Of a DNA stretch of 39,186 nucleotides, positions 1 through 6,459 are shown one piece after another. The translations under genes were made by a program, and so were the position numbers. The notes below the pieces were generated by a model that worked only from the letters and a program-made list of their open reading frames with translations, made no database searches and was not told where the DNA came from. The DNA comes from Clostridia bacterium (GTDB taxonomy: Bacteria > Bacillota > Clostridia > TANB77 > CAG-508): positions 1-39,186 of the forward strand of contig CAADUD010000150.1 of assembly GCA_900752095.1 (NCBI GenBank), read 5' to 3'. Within the stretch, counting starts at the first letter, position 1; each line of letters opens with the position of its first letter.

Positions 1-725
1 TATTATATAAATGTTATTATACATTTTATCATCCATCTAATATGGTTATGGTACTTTGTGGAAATTTCGAACCAGAAAAACTATTCCTAAAAATAAAAAA
101 ACTTTTACTTCCAAAAGAAAGTCAAGGAGAAATTAAAAGGATTTATCCAAAAAAAGAAGAAAGCATTCATAAACCATTTATAAATGTGAAAATGGAAGTA
201 AGTACTCCTATTTTTATGATAGGATATAAAGATATAGAAAATATGACAGAAGATAAAATAAAGAAACATATAGCAATTGAAATTTTATTTAATCTTATCA
301 TGGGGAAAAGTTCAAAACTTTATCAAAAATTATATGAAGAGGGTCTACTTCTTTCAAAGCCAGATATGGATTATGAATTTAGCAACGAATATGCACATAT
401 TTTAATTTCTGGAACTTCTAAAAATCCAAAAAAAGTGGAAGAAGAGCTAAATAGAACAATAAAAAATTTAAAAAATAATGGAATAGAGGAACAAGAATTT
501 GAAAGAAGTAAAAGAAAGCTTTACGGAGATTATGTTACAGAATATAATAATGTAGGTGATATTGCTAGGATGTTTTTATCAGATGCAATGAAAGGTATTT
601 TTAGTTTTGACTATATCGAAAAATATGAAACAGTAACCAGAGAATATGTAGAAGAAATTTTAAAAAATATTTTTAAACAAGAAAATAAAATTTTATCCAT
701 AGTAGAGCCAAATGAAGCAAAATAA
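1..725 (+). CDS. M16 (pitrilysin/insulinase) family peptidase, C-terminal part; the 5' end lies outside the window
   Basis: Frame 3 is open from nt 3 (LYKCYYTFYHPSNMVMVLCGNF...), so the ORF-track Met at 42 is internal. The YHPSNM..L..G motif and the following non-catalytic domain pattern are typical of the M16 C-terminal half. A hairpin terminator follows. Confidence 0.7.
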   Translation, partial: LYKCYYTFYHPSNMVMVLCGNFEPEKLFLKIKKLLLPKESQGEIKRIYPKKEESIHKPFINVKMEVSTPIFMIGYKDIENMTEDKIKKHIAIEILFNLIMGKSSKLYQKLYEEGLLLSKPDMDYEFSNEYAHILISGTSKNPKKVEEELNRTIKNLKNNGIEEQEFERSKRKLYGDYVTEYNNVGDIARMFLSDAMKGIFSFDYIEKYETVTREYVEEILKNIFKQENKILSIVEPNEAK

Positions 726-739
726 AGAATAAAGAAAAA

Positions 740-787
740 ATAAGTTGTGAAAAATAAAATTTGTTTTATTTACAACTTATTTTTTTT
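740..787 (+). terminator. Rho-independent terminator of the M16 peptidase gene
   Basis: ATAAGTTGT (740-748) pairs with ACAACTTAT (772-780). Inner AAATAAAA/TTTTATTT pairing extends the stem, and a T7 run follows at 781-787. Confidence 0.7.
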
Positions 788-943
788 ATTTGATAAATTA
801 ATTTTATTCAAAAAATAAACGAAAAATGAAATTTTTCGACAAATAATAATGGAAAAAGTAGATATATGTCAAATTATGACAAAAAAAATAGAAAAATGGC
901 ATACGAAAAACTATCAAAATACTACAAAATCAATAAAAAATCG

Positions 944-972
944 TTGACTAATTTGTAAAAATATGGTATTTT
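944..972 (+). promoter_or_regulatory. Sigma-A-type promoter for the Spo0E-like gene
   Basis: TTGACT (944-949), 17-nt spacer, extended -10 TGgTATTTT (964-972). A single Spo0A-box complement TTCGACA lies upstream at 835-841. Confidence 0.45.
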
Positions 973-1016
973 AAATATATACAAAAGAGAAAAAGAAGAA
1001 AGGAAGAGTGATTTGT

Positions 1017-1202
1017 ATGTTAAATGATGAAATTTGTAAACTAAGAGAAAAATTGCACAATAGTATTCTTAATGAAAATGATTATAATATCACATACCAA
1101 ATTAGTGTAGAATTAGATCAATTAATTGCTAAGTATTATAGCATAGAGATTAAAAGAAATAAGCAAACCAAAAAGAAAAAAGAATTATTAGCTAGTCAAT
1201 AG
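1017..1202 (+). CDS. Spo0E-family aspartyl-phosphate phosphatase-like small protein
   Basis: 61 aa. MLNDEICKLREKLHNSIL...ISVELDQLIAKYY matches the Spo0E helical-hairpin pattern (I..lR..L...S..LD.lI..y). SD AGGAAGAG 1001-1008 sits 8 nt before ATG 1017; the ORF-track start 1008 is a GTG inside the SD. Confidence 0.65.
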   Translation: MLNDEICKLREKLHNSILNENDYNITYQISVELDQLIAKYYSIEIKRNKQTKKKKELLASQ

Positions 1203-1269
1203 GAAATATAAAAAAAGATATATCTTATTTCAAAATTGGTTAAAAATAGAAATTAAAACTTAAAAAATT

Positions 1270-1318
1270 AAAACATTATTCTAATTATGTTAGAATAGTG
1301 TTTTAGTTTTTCTTTTTT
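1270..1318 (+). terminator. Rho-independent terminator after the Spo0E-like gene
   Basis: AAAACATTATTCTAA (1270-1284) pairs with TTAGAATAGTGTTTT (1290-1304, one U-G wobble), loop TTATG, then a T-rich tail to 1318. Confidence 0.7.
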
Positions 1319-1326
1319 ATATAAAA

Positions 1327-1359
1327 ATATTACATTAATATTACATTTTGATGACATTT
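1327..1359. repeat. Three tandem 11-bp units ATATTACATTA / ATATTACATTT / TGATGACATTT
   Basis: Read directly. Exact 11-nt register, ending 48 bp upstream of the -35 of the pilin-1 promoter. Confidence 0.8.
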
Positions 1360-1407
1360 TTATAAATTTTACCAAAATAGAAAAAAGTTATGTTATAGTA
1401 TTAATAC

Positions 1408-1436
1408 TTGAAAAATAAAATAAAACCAGTTATAAT
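1408..1436 (+). promoter_or_regulatory. Sigma-A-type promoter of pilin gene 1
   Basis: TTGAAA (1408-1413), 17-nt spacer, TATAAT (1431-1436). SD AGGAG 1457-1461 and ATG 1469 lie downstream. Confidence 0.6.
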
Positions 1437-1468
1437 AATGATAATAAAATATTTTTAGGAGAATACAT

Positions 1469-1852
1469 ATGGTAAGAACAAAAAAGAAAATTTTTCAATT
1501 GCTCGCTTTAATAGTTATTTTTATGATAATCATGGTAATTCCATGTAGTGGAACCTATGATCCACTTGAAGACCCAAATAGTTTTAGACCAGGAAATATC
1601 AATAGTCAAGATACTAATGTTATTACTGATAAAGTAAATGGTATTATAGGTACTATCGTTACAATCGGTGTCATTATTTCCGTAATTACATTATGTATTT
1701 TAGGAATTAAATATATGATAGGAAGTGTAGAAGAAAGAGCAGAATACAAAAAAACAATGATTCCGTACATTATAGGAGCAGTACTTCTATTTTCAACTTC
1801 CTCTATTGTAGGAATTATAGCAAATATTGTGCAAAATATGAATATAGGGTAA
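1469..1852 (+). CDS. TrbC/VirB2-like T4SS pilin paralogue 1
   Basis: 127 aa: signal peptide, variable region, then two hydrophobic helices separated by a charged loop (GIKYMIGSVEERAEYKKTMIPYIIGAVLLF). This is VirB2 topology. It is a paralogue of the ORFs at 1943 and 2388. Confidence 0.7.
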   Translation: MVRTKKKIFQLLALIVIFMIIMVIPCSGTYDPLEDPNSFRPGNINSQDTNVITDKVNGIIGTIVTIGVIISVITLCILGIKYMIGSVEERAEYKKTMIPYIIGAVLLFSTSSIVGIIANIVQNMNIG

Positions 1853-1890
1853 TTTTATTTTTTAAAAATAGAACTATTTTTAAAAAATAA

Positions 1891-1919
1891 TTGCAAACTG
1901 GTGATTCTTATAGTATAAT
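1891..1919 (+). promoter_or_regulatory. Possible own sigma-A-type promoter of pilin gene 2
   Basis: TTGCAA (1891-1896), 17-nt spacer, TATAAT (1914-1919). The leader would be very short, which lowers confidence. Confidence 0.4.
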
Positions 1920-1942
1920 AAGTAAAAAGGAAAAGTCGAATT

Positions 1943-2320
1943 ATGGAAAAAAAGATATTTTGTATATTCATAATATTAATTTTAATATATATTTTTTCTA
2001 GTACAATAGTACAAGCAACAAGTATTAGTAATATTATAGGTGGAGCAGATAACTTCGTGAATTCCGGAAAAGATGGTAATACTACCACAATAGATGGACA
2101 GATGCTAAATGATACTTCTAATTTCATTTATAATACTTTATTAATTATAGGAATTTGTATTGCAGTATTGATAGGTACAGTACTAGGTATTCAGTTTATA
2201 ACAGGAAGTGTAGAGCAAAAAGTAAAAGTAAAAGAATCTTTAATTCCATTTGTTGTTGGATGTGTAGTTATTTTTTCAGCATTTGGAATTTGGAAATTGG
2301 TAATAGAAATATTAAAATAA
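1943..2320 (+). CDS. TrbC/VirB2-like T4SS pilin paralogue 2 (most divergent)
   Basis: 125 aa with the same architecture; C-terminal block GIQFITGSVEQKVKVKESLIPFVVGCVVIF. SD AAGGAAAAG lies upstream. Confidence 0.65.
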   Translation: MEKKIFCIFIILILIYIFSSTIVQATSISNIIGGADNFVNSGKDGNTTTIDGQMLNDTSNFIYNTLLIIGICIAVLIGTVLGIQFITGSVEQKVKVKESLIPFVVGCVVIFSAFGIWKLVIEILK

Positions 2321-2387
2321 GATTTTAAAATTGTTTCCTAAAAGGAACATTTATCAATAAAATACAAAAAATGAAAGGGAGGATATT

Positions 2388-2762
2388 ATGAAAAAGGCTA
2401 CGAAAATAATTGCAGTAGTATTAATCATGTTAACATTAGTATTAGGAATATCAACTATTTCTAGTGCAGATTCTGTAGATCCAGGACAAATTGCTAATGG
2501 ATTACATGGAACAACAAGTGATGCACAAGAAGATATTACTGGTATTGGTAACCAAATTATAGGAATTATTACAACTGTTGGTGTAGTTGTAGCAGTAGTT
2601 ATTCTTTTAGTATTAGGTATTAAATACATGATGGGAAGTGCTTCAGAAAAAGCAGAATACAAGAAAACAATGATTCCATATCTAGTAGGAGCTATTTTAA
2701 TCTTTGGTGCATCAGCAATTACACAAGTTGTAGTTAATATTGCATCAGGTCTTAATGACTAA
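2388..2762 (+). CDS. TrbC/VirB2-like T4SS pilin paralogue 3
   Basis: 124 aa; GIKYMMGSASEKAEYKKTMIPYLVGAILIF. SD AAGGGAGG 2375-2382. A 26-nt block at 2652-2677 is 25/26 identical to 1739-1764 of paralogue 1. Confidence 0.7.
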   Translation: MKKATKIIAVVLIMLTLVLGISTISSADSVDPGQIANGLHGTTSDAQEDITGIGNQIIGIITTVGVVVAVVILLVLGIKYMMGSASEKAEYKKTMIPYLVGAILIFGASAITQVVVNIASGLND

Positions 2763-2770
2763 AATAGAAA

Positions 2771-2814
2771 AAATATTACAAAAATGTTACAAAAACATTA
2801 CAAAAATATTAAAA
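2771..2814. repeat. Four tandem 11-bp units AAATATTACAA / AAATGTTACAA / AAACATTACAA / AAATATTAAAA
   Basis: Read directly. The array lies between the pilin-3 stop and its terminator, and 35-45 bp upstream of the next -35 box. Confidence 0.8.
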
Positions 2815-2838
2815 GTGCACAAAAAGTGCACTTTTTTT
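2811..2838 (+). terminator. Rho-independent terminator after the pilin genes
   Basis: AAAAGTGCAC, loop AAAAA, GTGCACTTTT, followed by further T residues. Confidence 0.65.
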
Positions 2839-2848
2839 ATATTTATAG

Positions 2849-2877
2849 TTACATTTTTCGAGAATATTTGCTATAAT
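2849..2877 (+). promoter_or_regulatory. Sigma-A-type promoter of the T4SS core operon
   Basis: TTACAT (2849-2854), 17-nt spacer, extended -10 TGcTATAAT (2869-2877). Confidence 0.6.
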
Positions 2878-2938
2878 AATATTTAAGTAAAATTAGATTT
2901 ATTATGCCATTCTTTAAACAAAGGAGGAAAAACGAAAA

Positions 2939-3283
2939 ATGGGTACATATGAATTACCTAGAAATGTAAAAGGTGAAGGAAGAATTTTATTTATCTTTAC
3001 TGCCAAAAGTTTAATATACACAGTAATTGCAGCAGCAATTGGATTATTATTTTACTTTATATTTTCCATGATTGGACTAACTATGGTAGGAATTATTATT
3101 GTAGCTGTATTTGCTTTAATAGGATTTGCAATAGGAACTTTTAAAATGCCTGAACTTGGAAAATTTGAATTTAGTAAAAAAACAGGCGGAGAAAATGTAG
3201 ATGATGTAATAAGAAGAGCAATTAAATTTAAAACATCAGGAAAAAAAGTATATGTATATAAGGAGGGAAAAAACAATGATTGA
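2939..3283 (+). CDS. PrgI/VirB3-like small T4SS membrane protein
   Basis: 114 aa. N-terminal YELPRNVKGEGRILFIFTAKSLIY is followed by two TM helices, as in the PrgI family. SD AGGAGG 2922-2927. The stop overlaps the next start (ATGATTGA). Confidence 0.6.
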   Translation: MGTYELPRNVKGEGRILFIFTAKSLIYTVIAAAIGLLFYFIFSMIGLTMVGIIIVAVFALIGFAIGTFKMPELGKFEFSKKTGGENVDDVIRRAIKFKTSGKKVYVYKEGKNND

Positions 3284-4520
3284 AATGATTACCATAATTC
3301 TAGCAGTTATATTAATAGTTATGGTTGTTCTGCTAGGTGTTCTTTGTATCTTATACTTTAAATCTAAAAATAAAAAAGAAGGTAAAAAAGAAAATATACA
3401 AACACAAACATCTTCTACTCCTTCAGGTAGTAAAACGGTAAAAAACTACTCCATAGAATCTGTATTTGATTTTATGGAATTTGATAAAATTGAAGATAAT
3501 ATGATTTCTACCAAAAATGGTGCAAAGTATGTAATGGTTGTAGAGTGTCAAGGTGTTAATTATGATTTAATGTCAGAAATAGAAAAAAACGCGGTAGAAG
3601 AAGGATTTATTCAATTTTTAAATACATTAAGACATCCTATTCAAATCTATACACAAACTAGAACAATTAATTTAGAGAATAGTATTCAAACTTATCGCAA
3701 TAAAATAAAAGAAATAGAAGAAAAATTGGAAAAAGAAAAGAATAGATATAATCAAATGGTAGCTTCTGGTAGATATACACAAGAACAATTAAATGCAGAA
3801 TTTTATGAATTAACAAAAGCAACCAACCTTTATGAATACGGAAAAGACATTATTTACACAACAGAAAGAATGAGCTTAAATAAAAATGTATTAAATCAAA
3901 AATATTATATTGTTATTCCCTATTATCCAGATGAATTAGGAGAAAACAACTTCGACAAACAAGAAATTAGAAATTTAGCCTTTTCAGAGCTATATACAAG
4001 AGCACAATCGATTATTAGAACTTTATCTGTATGTGGAATAAATGGAAGAGTTTTAGACTCTAATAGCTTAGTAGATTTACTATATGTGGCATACAACCGT
4101 GATGATGCTGAAATTTATGGAGTAGATAAAGCAATGCAAGCAGGCTATGATGAACTATATTCTACTGCACCAGATGTAATTGATAAAAAAATGAAGACAT
4201 TAGATGAGCAAATAGAAAAAGAAGCTTTTGCAAAAGCAAATCAAAAAGTAGCAGAAGCAAAATCAGAAAAACAAAAAGCTTTGGAACAAAAACAAGAATC
4301 ACAAGAAGAACTAATTTCTCAATTAGCAGCATTAATTATAGAGCAAAATAAATCTATGATAGGAGAAGATGTAGCAGCAAATGCAATAGAAAAAGTACAA
4401 GAAGAAGCACAAAAAAGAAGAGGCAGACCCAAAAAGAGCGAAAACTTAAATGAAGGAGGTACAAAAGAAAATGAGCAAGAAGAAAAAACTAAGAGAAGAA
4501 GAGCTACAAAAACAGCATAA
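3276..4520 (+). CDS. Membrane-anchored protein resembling the non-ATPase N-terminal domain of VirB4, with a coiled-coil Lys/Glu-rich tail
   Basis: SD AGGAGGG 3261-3267 sits 8 nt before ATG 3276 (ORF-track start is 3252). It has one TM helix, then ISTKNGAKYVMVVECQGVNYDLMSEIEKNAVEEGFIQFLNTLRHPIQIYTQTR...RVLDSNSLVDLLYVAYN. That pattern matches VirB4/PrgJ/TcpF N-domains. There is no P-loop. Confidence 0.5.
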   Translation: MIEMITIILAVILIVMVVLLGVLCILYFKSKNKKEGKKENIQTQTSSTPSGSKTVKNYSIESVFDFMEFDKIEDNMISTKNGAKYVMVVECQGVNYDLMSEIEKNAVEEGFIQFLNTLRHPIQIYTQTRTINLENSIQTYRNKIKEIEEKLEKEKNRYNQMVASGRYTQEQLNAEFYELTKATNLYEYGKDIIYTTERMSLNKNVLNQKYYIVIPYYPDELGENNFDKQEIRNLAFSELYTRAQSIIRTLSVCGINGRVLDSNSLVDLLYVAYNRDDAEIYGVDKAMQAGYDELYSTAPDVIDKKMKTLDEQIEKEAFAKANQKVAEAKSEKQKALEQKQESQEELISQLAALIIEQNKSMIGEDVAANAIEKVQEEAQKRRGRPKKSENLNEGGTKENEQEEKTKRRRATKTA

Positions 4521-6450
4521 TGATTATACAAAACCAGATGAATTCAAAATTTTAAAAAAGAAAACAATTAAAGAACTAATTGCACCATCTGGAATTGATA
4601 CAACTAATATTGATCACTTAGAAATCATCTCCAATGTAACTAGATATGCAAGAAGTTTCTTTGTATCCAGTTTACCAAGAATGTGTACTTTCCCAGAATT
4701 ATTTAGAGATATGTATTTATTTGGAGATATTAATACTTCTATTTATATTAATCCAATCCAAGAATCTAGATCACAAAATGAATTAAATAGAGTAATTAAT
4801 GAATTAGAAACTGAAAGAATTGTGGCAGCAGACAGAGGAAATATCAACAGGGAAAGTTCATTAGGGCAAAAAAGATTAGAAGCAGAGCAATTAAGAGATG
4901 AAATTGCAGCAGGATTTAACAAACTTTACGAAGCATCTATTGTAGCTACCTTATTTGCATACAGTCTAGAAGACCTAGACAAATATACGAAATTATTAGC
5001 AACAGAAATGTCAAAATCATTAGTGAATATTAAAAGTGCATGGGCAATGCAAGAAGATGCTTTTAAATCCAATCTTCCACTTATGGATGATAAAATTAAA
5101 AAAACACATACTTTTGACCGTAGATCTATGGGAACGGTATTCCCATTTACTACTTCGGAGGTAGGACATCCTAGTGGAATACCTTTAGGAATTAATAAAC
5201 AAACAGGAGTGCCAATCTTATTTGATAATTTCCATAATTCTTTAACCAACTATAATATGGTTATTTTTGCTAAATCTGGTGCAGGTAAATCTGTTACCAT
5301 GAAAACTTTAATTTCACGTTCAGCAGTGCTTATGGGAATTCAAAGTTTAGCACTAGATGCAGAAGGGGAATATAGTATTGTAGCTGAAAGTTTAGGAGGA
5401 ATAAATGTAGTACTTTCTCCTACTTCTAAAACAGTTATTAATATTTTTGATATTGAAACAGAAGTAGTAAAAGATGAAATTACTGGTAGAGATAGACTAG
5501 TACTAAATGTAGAAAATAAAGTAGAGGACGTAACACAAGCTTTACTTACAATGGCAAGAGGAAGCACTAGAAGCCAAGAAGTAAATGAACTTACCAAACA
5601 AATTATAGCAGAATCTGTAGCAGAAGAATATGCAGCCTATGGTATTACTTCAGATCCAAATAGTTTATATGCGGCTAGCAATGGAATAGATGGAAATATG
5701 CTAGGAAGAGAAAAAAAAGAAATGCCAACCATTGGTTCTTGGTATAAAAGAATTGAAGCAAAAGCCGAAGCTAATACCAACCAAGACTATAATTTCCACT
5801 ACAGCTATTTATTAAAAGTTATGAAACAATACATAAGAGAATATGACGGACAAATGGCTTATTTTGATGGACAATCTACTTTTGACTTACTAGATGGTAC
5901 ATTATTTATTAATTTAGATATTTCACAATTAGAGGAAAGATTTGCAAGACCACTTGCCCAACAGATATTACTAGCTTGGATTTGGGAAAAATATGTTAAG
6001 AAAAATAGTGAAGATAGGACAAAAGCTTCTAAAAAGAGGGTATTAGTAGACGAGGCATGGATGTTATTACCATACCCAGAAGCGGTAGATTTCTTAAATA
6101 CTATGGCAAGACGTGCCAGAAAAAGAAATGTATCTTTAGCTATTATTTCACAAAGATTCCAAGACTTTTACGAAAAACCAGAAGCACAAGCAGTATTAAC
6201 ATCATCAGATACCAAACTATTTTTAGCACAAGATAAATCAGAAATACAATATTTAAAAGAAGTATTTAAATTAAGTGAAGGAGAAGCGAACTTTTTAGTA
6301 ACCTGCTTTAAAGGGGAAGGATTACTAAAAGTAGGGGCAGATAGTGCCATTATTCAAATTCAACCAACTGCAAAAGAATTCGAGTTTGTAGAAACAAACT
6401 TAAATAAATTAGCACAGATGAGAAACAGACAAATTAGACAAAACTATTAG
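4471..6450 (+). CDS. VirB4/PrgJ/TcpF-like T4SS ATPase
   Basis: Walker A FAKSGAGKSVTMK (5266-5304) and Walker B RVLVDEAWMLL (6037-6069). N-terminal VirB4-type domain (IAPSGID...YARSFFVSSLP). SD AGGAGG 4454-4459; an alternative start is 4450. It overlaps the upstream ORF by 50 nt. Confidence 0.85.
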   Translation: MSKKKKLREEELQKQHNDYTKPDEFKILKKKTIKELIAPSGIDTTNIDHLEIISNVTRYARSFFVSSLPRMCTFPELFRDMYLFGDINTSIYINPIQESRSQNELNRVINELETERIVAADRGNINRESSLGQKRLEAEQLRDEIAAGFNKLYEASIVATLFAYSLEDLDKYTKLLATEMSKSLVNIKSAWAMQEDAFKSNLPLMDDKIKKTHTFDRRSMGTVFPFTTSEVGHPSGIPLGINKQTGVPILFDNFHNSLTNYNMVIFAKSGAGKSVTMKTLISRSAVLMGIQSLALDAEGEYSIVAESLGGINVVLSPTSKTVINIFDIETEVVKDEITGRDRLVLNVENKVEDVTQALLTMARGSTRSQEVNELTKQIIAESVAEEYAAYGITSDPNSLYAASNGIDGNMLGREKKEMPTIGSWYKRIEAKAEANTNQDYNFHYSYLLKVMKQYIREYDGQMAYFDGQSTFDLLDGTLFINLDISQLEERFARPLAQQILLAWIWEKYVKKNSEDRTKASKKRVLVDEAWMLLPYPEAVDFLNTMARRARKRNVSLAIISQRFQDFYEKPEAQAVLTSSDTKLFLAQDKSEIQYLKEVFKLSEGEANFLVTCFKGEGLLKVGADSAIIQIQPTAKEFEFVETNLNKLAQMRNRQIRQNY

Positions 6451-6459
6451 GAGGAAAAT

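Noticed and set aside
1368-1397. TTTACC-18 nt-GTTATA upstream of the pilin promoter, resembling my recollection of the TTTACA / GTTATA promoters used by clostridial TcdR/BotR/TetR/UviA-type sigma factors.
   Set aside because: The consensus is quoted from memory, the pattern is not repeated at the other promoters of the locus, and the local sigma protein is not obviously of that group. This is too weak to claim.
1469-1560. A possible lipoprotein signal (VIPC-SG) in pilin paralogue 1.
   Set aside because: Pro at position -1 does not fit a lipobox, and the other two paralogues have no Cys at this position.
1855-2662. Minus-strand ORFs opposite the pilin genes (1855-2127 and 2354-2662). The same applies to the other antisense ORFs in the track: 3052-3276, 4319-4531, 4926-5249, 5340-5597, 6168-6350, 10087-10380, 11171-11685, 14792-14995, 15559-15759, 16104-16409, 16681-16914, 18465-18665 (+), 19599-19805, 23798-24621, 26674-27603, 28754-28942, 29661-29873, 31247-31498, 33390-33949, 35351-36388 and 37005-37337.
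   Set aside because: All are embedded antisense to, or out of frame with, genes that have strong motif support. They lack SD sites and translate to low-complexity Leu/Phe/Ser/Ile-rich strings typical of AT-rich antisense frames.
2771-2814. The tandem 11-bp arrays considered as a possible CRISPR array or minisatellite.
   Set aside because: The units are contiguous with no spacers, only 11 bp long and present in 3-4 copies. No cas genes are present. The arrays fit regulatory or curvature elements better.
3951-3957. Single Spo0A-box heptamers inside coding regions (3951-3957 and 34370-34376) and upstream of the Spo0E-like gene (835-841).
   Set aside because: The number of single copies is about what base composition predicts for this window. 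Only the intergenic tandem pair at 17940-17959 is retained as a finding.
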